Source: Eledone cirrhosa
Lineage: Eukaryota
Reading direction: 5' to 3'
Assembly: GCA_964016885.1 (NCBI GenBank)
Contig: OZ024746.1
Coordinates: 21,080,001 to 21,144,000 of the forward strand
Length of the DNA stretch: 64,000 nucleotides
Shown here: in pieces, positions 1 to 13,957 of the stretch
Layout of the letters: the number at the start of each line of letters is the position of its first letter
Position numbering within the stretch: the stretch's first letter is position 1
The notes under the pieces: model-generated
What the model was told of the DNA's origin: nothing
Databases searched by the model: none
The model's input: the letters and a program-made list of their open reading frames with translations, nothing else
Program-made: the position numbers and the translations under genes

Positions 1-295
<295 letters not shown>

Positions 296-706
296 ATTAT
301 ATTTTTCTCCCCAAGCTACCAAAACACACACCTATTTGTATATACGCTACAATTTATGTTTATAGCATGTTGAAGATTTTTATATCTTGATATTTGATAA
401 GATATTATGTTTAACTTCATAGTAAATATTTTTGTCATGTCACAACCTTTTCTCCACATATCACTATTTTCCAATTGCTAGTATGAGTATTCAGAGACAG
501 ATTGCATATGTCATGTTGTTATAATCACTTTATAATTATTGAAACCTGTAAAGTAATAGGACCTGCTGGGACTCAAATTGTATTTTCTGACTATTTTATA
601 GTGCAAAAAGCTAAACTAATCACTTCAACTAAATTGAGCAAATTTTCCTCCACCCTCCATCAGAAATGCTTCCACCACCACTGTATATATATATATATAT
701 ATATAT

Positions 707-906
707 AGGAACCAGTAAGACCCCCGACGGCTGAGCTCAAGCCGTTTCGACGGCTTATTCTGGACTCAGAGTCCAGAATTAGCCGTCGAAACGGCTTGAG
801 CTCAGCCGTCGGGGTCTTACTGGTTCCTATTACCCACTCTACTACCCCAAGTATTAAGTACTTTGGTGCGTTATGGTCCACCTGGTTCCTTACCACATTT
901 CCTTCG

Positions 907-909
<3 letters not shown>
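707..909 (+). mobile_element. Family A palindromic mini-element in (TA)n
   Basis: Near-perfect palindrome 705-830 plus a tail ending ccttcgtta, with (TA)n on both sides. Contains GAAA-CGGCT-loop-AGCCG-TC (HHR stem III plus GUC site). Further copies at 8363, 14726, 14935 and 35623. Confidence 0.8.
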
Positions 910-966
<57 letters not shown>

Positions 967-1309
967 GCCTGGGTCCTAATAATAGGGCACGGGTTGGATA
1001 TTTGCTAAAATTATTATAAGCAAGAGGGGAGGGAGGACTCGGTAATTGTGTACTTTCGTAGATATGGGATTTCTTGTAATGTTATTTTTTTGTCATATAT
1101 AGTGTTTTTTTTTTTACAATAAAAGTTTTGTTAGATTATCCAGTTGCTGTATCGAAATGAATCACTTACAATAAAATTTCGCCCGAGATAGAGTAGCAAA
1201 ATTTAATAAGCAGGGTGGGGGAGGTGTTGGTGGAATAAAATCGGAGAGGGGAATCTGAAAAATTAATAAACCTTGGGTGGGTGGGGGTTGGAGGCGATTA
1301 TTCAAGACC

Positions 1310-1800
1310 TATGAGAGAGGAGAATTGGGAGAGATTGTTGTATGGTAGATATATAGAGGGGGGCAGTGTAGTGGTGATTGGTATAGAGAGGGAGGATGAA
1401 AGAGACAGTGTTGTGGTAGATATAAAGAGGGAGAGAGATTAGTGTCGATTGATTTAGAGGGGGTTTAGAAGAGAGTACCGTGAAGTAGATATATATAGAG
1501 AGAGGGAGAGTGTAGTGGCAATTGGTATAGAGAGGGGTATTGAAAGAGGGAGGGGGTTGGGAGTGAGTTCCGTGTGGTAGTTATAGAGAGAGGGAAGATG
1601 TAGTATTGATTGATATAGAGAGAGTGTTGTATATTAGATATAGAGAGGAGGAGAGTTTGGTGGTTGCAGATATAGGGAGGAAGATAATAAGAGAATGTCA
1701 TGTAGTAGATATAGAGTGGAAGAGAGTTTGGTGGTGGTTAATATAGAGAGAGGGATTGGGAGAGATAAGTCTAGATAGATATAGTGAAGGGGAGAGTTTA
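1310..1800. repeat. Degenerate purine-rich minisatellite
   Basis: Recurring unit of about 30 bp, gatatagagagggagag...tgtagtggta. Confidence 0.65.
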
Positions 1801-3224
1801 ATGGTGGAGAACTTATACCTATAGGAGAACTTATACCTAACCACATTCATTAAACAACGTACACGATATTAACATAACATAACGTTTGTGTACATTGTAT
1901 TCAGTCATTCATTTTGATTTGATAGCTTTCGAATAGACACAATATTGATCTTTGAAATGGATAGACATATTAGATTTAATCCACTCAAGTATATAGTCTC
2001 TATCTTGGAAGAAAAACTAAAGATGAATTACGGCATTTGAACTCCGAATAATGAACTACAGAGCTATCATCCGGTCCGGTATTCAGCATTCTCACCTAAA
2101 CTCACCTTTCATTTGTAATATATATTTATATAGCAAACAAATGTTTTATTACGTTACCATTTCCACTTAAACTGCCCAACTTTTATAGCCACATATTATA
2201 ATCATTTGTTTGAGTGTATTCACGCACATTACATCGGAAAAATTACAAGTAGAATAAAAATACTCCTCTTGTTTCTCATAATATAGTTGCTGCATGTAAA
2301 TAGATATAATTTTGTTTCTACGCTTTTGCTTGTATAATAGGACATATTTGTTATTATAGTCATAATACAGGCGCTATTTCTATCGATTTGTTCTCATCTA
2401 CTGGCAAAATCTAAAGTTAGTAATGTAAACTTCAATAAATTAACTGATATTTCAGAAATAGCTTTAACGTATATATTTCGAAGTGATAATACTAATGTGT
2501 AAATCTTAATGCAAAATCAACTACTGCGTGTCATAGAATGAGAAGATCCTGATTAAATTTAAGCGAGTCTAGCACGAAACTCAAAATCAAAATGGATGTA
2601 TTGATCTATGTAATGTATAATAATCCTGCTATACTGATGAGAAAAAGAAAAGGATTTCCTCCAAAGCGTTCATATAAATACTTGAAGAGTTTTTCATAAT
2701 ATGTCCAGAACAAGGACGGACAAGTGGAAGAACTTGAGATATTTATTGTATTCTGACTCGATCAACAACAATATATTAATGCGATCCTAGCTTACATCTC
2801 ATGCTGCGTTTATAATATTATATGAATTCAAATATTTGAAAAGTTAAAAATCTTGACTATGAAGATAATGTAGCACTGGTGGTGTAACGTGAAGCTAACA
2901 TACTCACAACTCTAATAGTTACACTTTCTATAATAGAAAATAAGTTTTGATAGTTTATAAAATAGAAATTCTTCCAAACCATAATTATATAAGCATATTT
3001 CCTTTTTAGGAGCCAATTAGATTCGGCACTTTTAAAAGTATTTTATAGGTTGATAAACCAATCTAAGTTGATGGCTTTGAAACTAAGACAGGGAATGAGT
3101 TGAAACAATCAAGACTGCAAACTGCTTTCGATTCTACATTGACTAAATTCTCTGTGAAAGAGCTGACCCTAAAATGTTCTATTCTTCTTCAGAAAAAATA
3201 TTATTGTAATTGCACTAGATCATG

Positions 3225-4220
3225 AGGATGGTGGATTGACAGTGTCGGTAAAGCATCGGGTAACATACGGCTCTGAGTTTTAATGCCACCGTGGTTGGCT
3301 TTGCCTTTCATCTTATGGAGTCGATAAAATAAAGTACCAGTAACGCACTGGGTTCGATATATTCGATTTTCCCCACCCCAAAATTGTTGGCTTTGTGCCT
3401 AAATCAGAAACCATTATTACACTAGATGCGGGTGGTGGACTGCCAGTATCTGTAGAGCGTCAGACAACATGCTTTGTGGTATAAAGTTACGGCTCTTTAC
3501 GTTCTGTGTTCAAATACCACCGAGGTTAGATTTGCTTTTCACCCTTAATTGGTCGATAAAATAAAGTACTAGTAACTGGGGTCGATTTAATCGATTTTTA
3601 TTTCCTCCAAAATTGTTGGCCTTGTGCCTATTGGTAGAGGGTCGAACGCCATGCTTTCCAGCATAGTTACGTCCCTTTACGATCTGAGTTCAAATCCCGC
3701 CGAGGTTGACTTTGCCTTTCATCCTTACGGGGTCGATAAAATAAAGTACCAGTAATGTACTGGGTAATTGCTGGCCTTGTGCCTAAAGTAGAAACAATTG
3801 TTATACTAGATAATCATTGGATTGGCAGTATCGGTAGAGGGTCGGACGCCAGGCTTTGACGTATATAGTTACGGCCCTTGCCATTCTGAGTTCAAATCCT
3901 GCCGAGGTTAACTTTGCCTTTCATCCTTATGGGGTCGATAAAATAAAGTACCAGTAATACACTGGGATAATTTCTGGCCTTGTGCCAAAAGTAGAAACAA
4001 TTATTATACTAGATAAGGAGGTGGATTGGCAGTATCGGTAGAGGGTCGGACGCCATGCTTTGCAGCAAAGAGTTACGTCCCTTTATGGTCTGAGTTCAAA
4101 TCCCGCCACGGTTAACTTTGTCTTTCATCCTTACGGGGTCGATAAAATAAAGTACCAGTAATACACTGGGATAATTGCTGGCCTTGTGCCAAAAGTAGAA
4201 ACAAATATTATACTAGATAA
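3225..4220 (+). mobile_element. Head-to-tail array of five tRNA-derived SINEs (family S1)
   Basis: Each unit of about 190 bp has an A-box-like tggcagtatcgg, B-box gttcaaatcc, core gcctttcatccttacggggtcgataaaataaagtaccag (Meta/MESC-like from recall) and 3' end ggccttgtgcctaaagtagaaacaattatt. Confidence 0.9.
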
Positions 4221-4819
4221 TATAGAATCCCTCAAAATATGCAAAACAGATTATTTGTCTGTGTTACAGAGCGTATGACTGAAACCGTAATGACAATTAC
4301 TAAGATGGCAAGAGGAAATTATAAAATAAGAGAAATATAAGTATTACAGTTGCATACAGCGACATAAGAATTAGTTTTGAATGGTTTGTCTACTTAAACC
4401 TTTAATTCTATTATAAATTGCAAAATAAATTTTCATAGAAAAATGTCAATAATCTAAATGCAATGCCATACAATTTGAGATATAGTTCATTCTCTAACTC
4501 CCGTCACTATAGGTATTGATCGATTCGATTATTTTATCATGAAACATAATTGATTTACTATTTCAGTTTCTGAACACTGACTAGAAAATATTTAAAGAAA
4601 TATATCTCTTCTCCAAAATGGTAATGCGCGTATGTCAATCGACAAATAGGTTTCTGTTGATCAATGAAGGTTAATTTGGAATTGAAGTCGCTGTGATATT
4701 GAACATGATAGAGGAAAAAATAACAGTAGTAAATAAAGCTGCAGAGGTATTCGTTGGTAAGTTATCGGTAAAAGGGTTCACTATTATTTATACTGGATAT
4801 ATGTATGGTATGTATGGTT

Positions 4820-5115
4820 CCGTACCTCCTGCGCGCGTCGTAGAGCGGGCACTTTGGCATACGGCGTTTTAAAATCTGGCGGAGCCCATATCCTTTCCAA
4901 GTCTGAATGCTGCAGATTTCTTCCAGGGTAGGATAGAGAGTGAGAGAATGGAAGATATAGTGCAAGAATCGACACCAGTACTAGAGTGGTACTTTTGTAT
5001 CGACTTTGAATGGAGGAAAGTCAAGGTTGACCCCCGCAAGAATTGAAATGAGAGAGCAGAGAGCCGGAAATAATACCGCAAAGTATTATATCCGACGTTC
5101 TAACGACTCTGCGAA
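4820..5115 (-). mobile_element. SINE family S2 (S1-like head, different 3' tail)
   Basis: Shares cagatttcttccagggtaggatagagagtgagagaatggaag and head motifs with copies at 31195, 54135, 55330, 56335, 58020 and 61660. Confidence 0.7.
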
Positions 5116-6619
5116 TATTATTCATTGCTTTAATATGATAAGATATAGCGCTATGTACTTTCCCAGCGTGACTATGAATGTAGTTGCGTGTAATTCGAAA
5201 TCGCGTTGCTTCCTCAGCTCGACTAAAAAATATAACGAATAAAAGTATTTCACTGCTTACGTTAGAGAATATAATTGCTGAAAACAAAACACATGGACAG
5301 TTTCGTGTCATGAATTGAAGCTGAATTTATTTTCTCTTTGCAGTTAGATGCATTAGATAGATGACTATTTGAAGAACAAAGCAAGATAGCAATTTCTGTT
5401 CTCGTTGAATGAAAACAAAATCTATCTACCTTTGGACAAATATCTTCCCGAATTTTAAAATGCAATATCTGTGTATTGTATCCACAACACGTAACAATGT
5501 TGGAGCGAAAGAGAGATTACTTGGAAAATAATAGGTTTGTTTGAAGTTGTTGGCTTACTTCTTGTCATCCAGAAACTTTACAATGAAATTTATAATACGA
5601 TGTGAAATCATCTGTGTAAACACTGTTACTTCAGATAATTATCATAGATTTCTGTATTGACGACAACCACAGTATTTTCAACATGAATAAAATAAAACGA
5701 GAGAAACAAACAATGCAACAAATGATCATAGTTGCAAAAGCATCACTAAAACCATTAACACCAAGCACATTTATATTTAAAAAAACATTAATAATTGCTG
5801 TAGTAACGGTGAATTACCTGCAATAACAGCAACACCAAGAAACATTGAAGAAAACATTTTATTGTCATTTTTTAGTAACATGAATTCGTTGTATTAATAT
5901 GCTCATCAATTTCTATATTGGCAAACATGGCAGACATGAATAATAATTTTGATCCACGAAAAACTAGCCTGACAATCATCTCACTGAAATAATACAATTG
6001 CTTAAATGTTACAAATATTCAATATTGATAAAACACATTTAGTTACATTATTCAGTCGCTTTAAGCCTGCCACAAAACGAAAATAAAAATGAAAATGAAA
6101 TGAATTACACATTGAATCATTGAAATATAATTAAGATTAATTTAAAATTGAGCATATTAATGAAGTTATTTCGCGAATTGGAGGCATGTTTCCTATAAAA
6201 AATAACTTGGTGAGAAGTTCAATCGATTTGATTCCTAATGTTCAATTTCATACCTTATGCACCCCAACCACATTCACCATATTTCTCTCATATATATACG
6301 TACCTATGTGTGCATATGTTTTGATTCTATATGCATACATAAGGGACTTGCCTATAGCCAGCAATACCATGCATCACAAGCAATGTCACATATCAAGCGG
6401 TGCCCGCGCTTGAAGCTTTTTAAAGTGAGGAAAGACTTTGCACGAGTCCAATCCCACTCTCTGAACATCGAATGCATTTGCCCCAAAAGAAGAACTGGTC
6501 TACATCATTGGATGCAAACGAACTCACAAGTTTTATATCAGAGGGACCTTCTCCTAAAGAGATATCTTAATGAAGACTAGAAGTCTCCGATTCCACAAAA
6601 AAAACAAAATTTATTGGAT

Positions 6620-7180
6620 GGGCGTTGACTCTGCTGAGTTCCTCCGCTCTTTGACAGGTTTTGTTTTAATCCTACAGAGCGTCGAAATTTACCCTCCTCA
6701 CCAAGCAAGTTTGATGGGGTTGCCAGTTCAGTCGCCGACGCCCCGACCATGCACAGGTTATACTCCACCTGATTATATCTTCAGATTTATACCTGCGATT
6801 AATGGGGCACCGGGATACATTAGTAACTGTCTAAGTACAAATCTTGAGAAGCTGGATTTCACAGACACAGAAAGAACACGACTAGTTAAAAAATTACAAG
6901 TACAATCCATTAATGGAACAGTAAAAATATGTAAAACATTCCAAAAATTCTGCATCAAATAACTCCATGTACACATGTACAGATAAAAAGCATGTACACA
7001 TTGCACACCTCCACACATACAAAAATATCCATACCTGCACACACATGCATGCAGACATGCATATATATCTACCTAGTTGATGTGTAAGTTCCACTGAGAG
7101 TCTTGTATCTATGTTAGAAATCGACTCTGTCTCTCTCTATTGGTAAACATTTGTGAAATTATAAAACCAAAAGAACATAG
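6620..7180 (+). mobile_element. Internally deleted R4/Dong-like non-LTR retrotransposon (C-terminus plus 3' UTR)
   Basis: 6765-6962 encodes DYIFRFIPAINGAPGYISNCLSTNLEKLDF...KLQVQSINGTVKICKTFQKF, typical of the end of a restriction-like endonuclease ORF. The 3' UTR 7080-7180 matches 28936-29035 in reverse. Confidence 0.75.
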
Positions 7181-7202
7181 ATGCTTACCTACATACACAC
7201 TT

Positions 7203-7617
<415 letters not shown>

Positions 7618-8280
7618 ATATATACTGTATATATATATATATAATATATATATACATACATATATCAAAGGTATATATTGAGTTAGGAACTCAAAATAGT
7701 TATATATATATGATAATAATAGTATTTATACTTATATATATAAGCTATATACAATCATAAATACGAAAGGGTAGTATGTTGTACTGCCCTATTACCAGTA
7801 AGAAATATAGTTCAATGTAAATTATCGGATGTATTACAGAACAGAAATACAAAATATAAAACAATCAAATTTTTGCTTAATGCATTTAATTGCTGGAATT
7901 ATCGGAGGATACACAATGTTTAAACAAGTAATTACATTCCTAGTCCTTAGAACATTCATTAAGATACATTATTATAAACAGTGTCAGTGAAATCATATTG
8001 AAAAGTAAGAGTAACAAAATGATATTATAGTGAACAGATAGCAAAATATTTGGAGCTGTTATAAAGAGGTTATTACTTAAAGTGGGTACATCAACCATAT
8101 TACACAGAAAGTTAATAATAGTATGCGTAAAGGTAATACAGATGCAACATGATAGCAATGATAGCAATGATACATGATATTACAGTAAAAAGATATCAAA
8201 ATATTGAAAGGTGTCATAAGAAGGGTATAATTAAAAGTGAATATATGAAGCACAATACACACAGAATGTTAATAATAGCA

Positions 8281-8362
<82 letters not shown>

Positions 8363-8365
<3 letters not shown>

Positions 8366-8428
8366 CCACTCTACTACCCTAAGTATTGAGTACTCTGGTG
8401 CGTTATGGTCCATCTGGTTCCTTCGTTA
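8363..8428 (+). mobile_element. Family A tail fragment
   Basis: tacccactctactaccctaagtattgagtactctggtgcgttatggtcc...ccttcgtta between (CA)n and (TA)n. Confidence 0.75.
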
Positions 8429-8575
8429 TATATATATGCATATATATATATATAAATATATAGTAATAATAATAAACTTGAAGACTAAAATCCCAAAAGG
8501 GTTCGATAAGGATAAATATATATCAAATATATAAGAACCGTAGAGCAAATATTTATTAAAATAACAGATTAAACT

Positions 8576-8873
8576 AACTGCAATTGTAGGAATCGGGTTG
8601 ACTGCCCCCTATCCGGGAAATGCCTCTCTAGTAACATTGTCTACAAATGTAAGGTTGAGACACCCACACCCAATATAGGTTACACTAGGAAATCCTAGTT
8701 AAGGCTAAATCGTATAACGGAAATAAAAGACCATGTTACCTCCGCGCCGCTGAAGCCCTGGAAATACTCTACCCCAATGACCACATCTTAAACAAAAAAT
8801 CTGAGGCAATTTCAGCTTGTAAACATAAATTGCACAAAACTTTCCTGTATTACAGCCCCACTTTATACCCTAA
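8576..8873 (+). pseudogene. PLE GIY-YIG endonuclease remnant with an internal deletion
   Basis: Hand translation: NCNCRNRVDCPLSGKCLSSNIVYKCKVETPTPNIGYT / EILVKAKSYNGNKRPCYL...ILNKKSEAISACKHKLHKTFLYY, collinear with 21188-22147. Confidence 0.85.
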
Positions 8874-9918
8874 CGGATAGTACGAACTATACGCGGATAA
8901 TTTACGTCTTGATGTGATAGCTAAGTATATTTTATGTTTATACTATTACTTATTTGTATAGGTAAGTATATATTACCTGTATGTTTTGTGAAGGTACGTA
9001 TACTTTTTCGTACGTATATTGGCTTGTATTTGTTATAGGCGTATATATTATATATACTGGTACATGTGTATATGGTTATGTGTATACGTCAGTGTGTGTA
9101 TGCGGGTTTGCACGTATGTAGGATGTGTGTATATGTGTTCTTTGAGTTTTGGTTGACGTACGTTTAGCGAACATATGTGTATTTACATGTAGGTGTGTGT
9201 GTGCGCGCGTTATATACGTATTTATGTGCGTATATTTATATACGTTTATATAATTATATGTATACGCGCACACACAGACACACATGTATGTATATTTTTT
9301 TTATTTATGTTTTATGTGTATTTGGTGTATACGTTCGTATGTGTGCGGGTACTGGCGTTGCGTTGGTTTTTGTATGTGTGCGCGTGGTTTTGTGTACGTG
9401 CCTGTATTTGCATACCCATGGCGGGTGTTTTCGCGTATGTATGTGTATGTACGTATATGAATGCGTGCATGTATATATTTAATTATTGTTGATTTCAATA
9501 ACCTCTGTAATTTATTTACATTATTCTTAACTCTGAAGCCGAGAATCATTCGGTTTCCTAAATAGAATTTTAGTCTACGACTTCAGTTATACCATAAACG
9601 TGGTTTTGTCTTTGCGTGTAATTGTTCTCAACGCTCCACATAATGACGTATTATCTTCGTTTTTTCCGTTCATTGCCTGGGAACGTCTCTACGAACCATC
9701 TAATAGAATATTAGTCTACGATTTCATTTATACCATAAACGTGGTTTTATCTTTCCGTGTAATTGTTTTCACCGCTCCAAATAATGACGTATTATCTTCG
9801 TTTTTTTCCGTTCTTTGCCAGGCAACGTTTTCACGAACCAAAGTATCATCTTCCTGTCTTTCTTCGGTGGCAACGTTTTTCAAAATATTTACTTCTGTGT
9901 TCACAGATTGATTTTTTT

Positions 9919-9969
9919 AGTTTCGGAAGATCCCGTTAAGGGTGAAAGCAGCGATTCTTTGGTTAAACT
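9919..9969 (+). ncRNA. Degenerate type I hammerhead motif
   Basis: agttt-CGGAAGA-tcccgttaagggt-GAAA-gca...tgg-TT-aaact. The copy at 17551-17599 (-) has CAGAAGA and an intact gca/tgc stem III. U4 is mutated in both. Confidence 0.5.
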
Positions 9970-9980
9970 TTAATCTGTTA

Positions 9981-10040
<60 letters not shown>

Positions 10041-10075
10041 TCAAGCTTCCAAATGCAAATTGCATATGTATACGC

Positions 10076-10110
<35 letters not shown>

Positions 10111-10115
10111 TATAC

Positions 10116-10220
10116 ATACAGAGTGTACCCCCAAAATGTATACTTACTTCAAATGCATTCTAATAAATATTGCCTGTAAAGGTAATTCAAAGCCTGTATA
10201 TATTTTTGGGGGACACCATA
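10116..10220. mobile_element. Tc1/mariner-type MITE of about 100 bp
   Basis: Imperfect TIRs tacagagtgtacccccaaaatgtatac / gtatatatttttgggggacaccatata in a TA context. Confidence 0.55.
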
Positions 10221-10763
10221 TATATATATATATATAAGTATGTATGTATATATGTATATATACATACATATCTACGTGTATGGGTGTATGTGTGTGTGTG
10301 TGCATGTTCATATGTATATACAGATGTGCTTATAAGAATCACTTTGAAAACGCAAGAGATTCTCTTTATATGTTTCACAGCCTACGGACTATTCTGCCTA
10401 TGAACAGAACGCAAATGATATCAAACACAAACTAAACATTAAGTCTAATTTCCAAATTGTACAGACATTGGTAGCGTAACAAATTAAATATTTGAAAATA
10501 TATTCACCACAATTCAGATTATTAGAATAGTTGTTGATAACTTTATACAATACTGATATCTAAACTGTCATTCGTCGTGTATTTCTTTATGTATTAATCC
10601 TTAAATAATTACCGAAATCTATAAAGCTTTAGATTTAATAGACATATGATCTATTAATATATTAATTTGTTCGTCATAGTTCCATATTATCTGTGTCACA
10701 AGATAGAAAGAGACTCTATGTGCTTATTTGATTTTGATTTTGATGTTTTCTTTCACTTTCATT

Positions 10764-12098
10764 TTAAGAAATTTCATTTCCTAAATGTATGCAATGTACT
10801 TTTCTGCAGGGTGTTTGCTTTTTAATAAATTTATGGATTTCAATAGTTTTATTTTTATATTGATAAAAATATCTAAAACTTTTAGTATTTGTACTAAATT
10901 TGAGCCTTTCAAAATATATCTTTCTCTTTCTTGTACTTCCTCTTCTACGATTATGAAAAGAAAATATATTCTAGAATAGTTGGTAAGTATTATCATTTTG
11001 TTTTAAATATAATATTTCAATTCGTGAAAATGGGTGGAAAATCAATTACATCTGTTTGAAGGTCATATATGTCAATATACAACATTTCTATTGTATATGA
11101 AATAAATATTAACTGTGGATGAAAGTGATATATGAAAACACATTTATCACTCTGATATTGGCTTTCGTGTTTATTAACTATTTCCAAAATGTCAATATTT
11201 CAATAATACATTATTTTTGCTTTACTTACTTGACAGAATTCGTTCCGCTTGTAATCATTTCATTCAAGGTAGTAAAGGAATGAAATGCGACAGTAACGTT
11301 TTGATATATCTATCACAGACCACAGACGTAATACTTCTTTGCTGACCCAAAACTTGTTGATTGAGATTGTAACTCATTTGCCTAGTTATATATAATGCAA
11401 TCGACTTAAACAAGAATTTAAACTGAACATGTCTATAAATCAAACTAGATGGATGGGATTTCTCAGTCAGATCGTATTTCTTCGCATTCAAAGCTTTTGA
11501 ATAAAGAAACTGTTTAGTATGATTTTACATTTTATCCCTAAAGAATATTCATTATGCATTGTTGTGAGTTCCATCGCTTGCTTAAACCTCTTGATATTTA
11601 TTTCTGGATTAAATCTATCCCTAGAATTGTTCATTGTAAAGAAGTTCGTTACCATAACACACGATTTGTTATCGCAAACTTGTCATAATGTGTTCATCCA
11701 TAAAATGCTATCTTAATAGCTTAAAGTGCTAAGTATACTGTATAGAAAATGATGCCAAAAGTATACACACGAGCATTCATTCTTATATAATAATGGTTAA
11801 ATATTTTTCTATTAACTGGATTGAACATATCAGCATCATTATGTTATTTCCAAGACGGAACTCAGCACTTAACAAAATTGATTAGCTGCTGGTACAGAGG
11901 TACATTTTACTGTCAGTAGTACTAAGTTATTTCTGCGTCACAGAGACATAACTTCAACATGTTCCAATGTATTTGGCGTATTTGGCTGTGAATAAATGTA
12001 ATAAAGTTGTTCTGTTTACCAGAGTCAGCCGAGGGATTGTAGTAACATTGCTTCATTATCTTATAAGATTTACGTTCAACATCATCTATTGGTATAAG
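10764..12098 (-). CDS. Candidate spliced exon chain of an unknown gene (12098-12020, 11493-?, 11309-11230, 10944-10764)
   Basis: AG/GT boundaries with compatible phases give LIPIDDVERKSYKIMKQCYYNPSADS-ALNAKKYDL...; IYQNVTVAF...SGTNSV-KRGSTRKRKIYFERLKF...EIS*. The second donor is unclear and no homology is recognised. Confidence 0.25.
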
Positions 12099-12884
12099 CT
12101 GTAGCGGAAATAATAAATGAATATTGTTTAATGATGACAATCGGTTAAATGAAGCGTCAGAATTATTATATTGCAGCAAACAATCTTCAAAATATTTCTT
12201 TTATAGTCTGCATTTTATAATATTCGATTTTAAGCAGTTAAACTCTCAAGGCCCAGAACGATACAAAGGTTTTAAAACAAAACTTTATATTATTTAACCC
12301 CTAGGAACTAGTGCACTTGCATTTTCGTTATTGTTTTGACATTCTATTGTAAACATTTATCAACACGCATATATGTTTCACACATATATTCCTCTTTTAT
12401 ACACATATATATGTTCATGTGGATTATATTGCTTTACTTAAAGCATTCCTCTTTTGAACTTCTTTAACAATGGTTAAATTCTTAACCAAGACTACCCCTT
12501 TCTTATTCCATGTCAACTACGCATCGTTCGTCGCCATGTTGAAACTTCTTTTCATAACCTTACATAGATAACGAGAAACTAAGAGAAATGATTTGAGATG
12601 TTTCAGCTTACAATAAATCATATCTCACTTCTTTCACTATTCAGACATCAGGTGAAAATGAAATGCTCATTGTGTTCCTCCAAACAAAGAGGGGTCCCAG
12701 CCTGTAGGTAGATAGACAATCCCGTCACAACTTAAAATAAAATGAAACAAAATCATCTGCAGCCGAAATAATGCCATCATCAAACTATTATACAGTGAAT
12801 GTGACATTATACAGCTTATAAAGAGCAGTTATCTTCTCTCTACAATAGTTTGATGTTAAACTATTATACAATGAATGCGTGATT

Positions 12885-13930
12885 ACAGACCTTATTAAAT
12901 CCAGGTGCATCAGTTTTCTGACTAACTTGTACAAACAATACGCTGAAATACATACAAACTGCGTTAATGATGTTTAAGATTTCAATCAACCAATGTAACA
13001 AGATATTTTCATATGTAGATGTTGAAATACCGACCATGCACAGGTCATAAATCCAATTATTCAGAAACAGAAAGAATGTAGACAGCCATAGTGTTCAAGC
13101 TTTATTGATTATGAGAAATCTGTCGAAAGCACTGAAAGCCTAGCTACTCTTGAAACATTTATTAACAAAAGAATACATCAAATGTATATACAAATTATTA
13201 GATCATCTCTGCCCAGGTAACATCGTCTTCTGAATTTCACACTCAAAGTAAAAATGAAATATTAATATCGAAAGATAAGTAATCCAAGTAAATATGATAT
13301 TGCTCAAACACTCTAATTCTGCATCTTTAAAAGCTTAACTAGGATGGGAAAGGAATACATTTAACTGGTGTATTTACTTTTTGCTGACGTCACAGTCAGC
13401 TTCGTGAATGATGCTCATGAGCTGAGACTTTTATTTTAAATGTATATATGTATGAATTGACATAAACACACGAATGGATAATACAGGCACAGCTACACAG
13501 ATACATATCCGGAGGTTTGCACATAAATGCAAACAAGTTAAGCTTTCATTCCAGTTAACATGTTTATATTTGCACTCACACATACACAATGATAGGAAAA
13601 ATTCGATAATAATGAAATTTGAATTGATAGAAATGATAAATATAAGGGAAAAGGCAACCATAAAGGCTTTTTGCCTGACACATATAAAAGGAACTTGGTG
13701 GGATTATATGAAGGGTAGAAGGAGTAACGTTCATTCAAAAGAACGACTGATATCCAGATGGAGTATATGATGTTTGATTATCTGTGTTGCCGGAAGTGCT
13801 GTTATGCTCCGTGGTTTGCTGGTATGACGGACAATAAGCAATGATTGATAGAGTGGTAACATATGTGGAAATAATGGACTATGGAGGACTGGGAGACATT
13901 AGGACATCACTGAAAAGGTTTTCGAATCAA
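12885..13930 (+). pseudogene. Highly decayed RTE-type LINE reverse transcriptase
   Basis: Remnant motifs in order: LYK, DFNQP, TDHAQVI..IIQKQKE.RQP, FIDYEK, FAD. Confidence 0.6.
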
Positions 13931-13957
13931 AAAGAGACGTATCCATGTGATGTAACG

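Larger units (their letters stand above)
8461..9987 (+). mobile_element. Penelope-like element F, 5'-truncated, with a short inverted arm
   Basis: GIY-YIG remnant at 8576-8873, a TG/TA-rich 3' UTR, and an HHR-like motif at 9919-9969. 8553-8573 is the inverse of 9967-9987. (TA)n on both flanks. Confidence 0.85.

Noticed and set aside
3225-4220. CRISPR array or tRNA gene cluster
   Set aside because: The units are SINEs of about 190 bp also dispersed elsewhere with TSDs; no unique spacers and no cloverleaf.
12625-12665. Minus-strand ttttcacCTGATGt...gtGAAAg
   Set aside because: A9 is missing and the flanks form a simple hairpin, not HHR stems.
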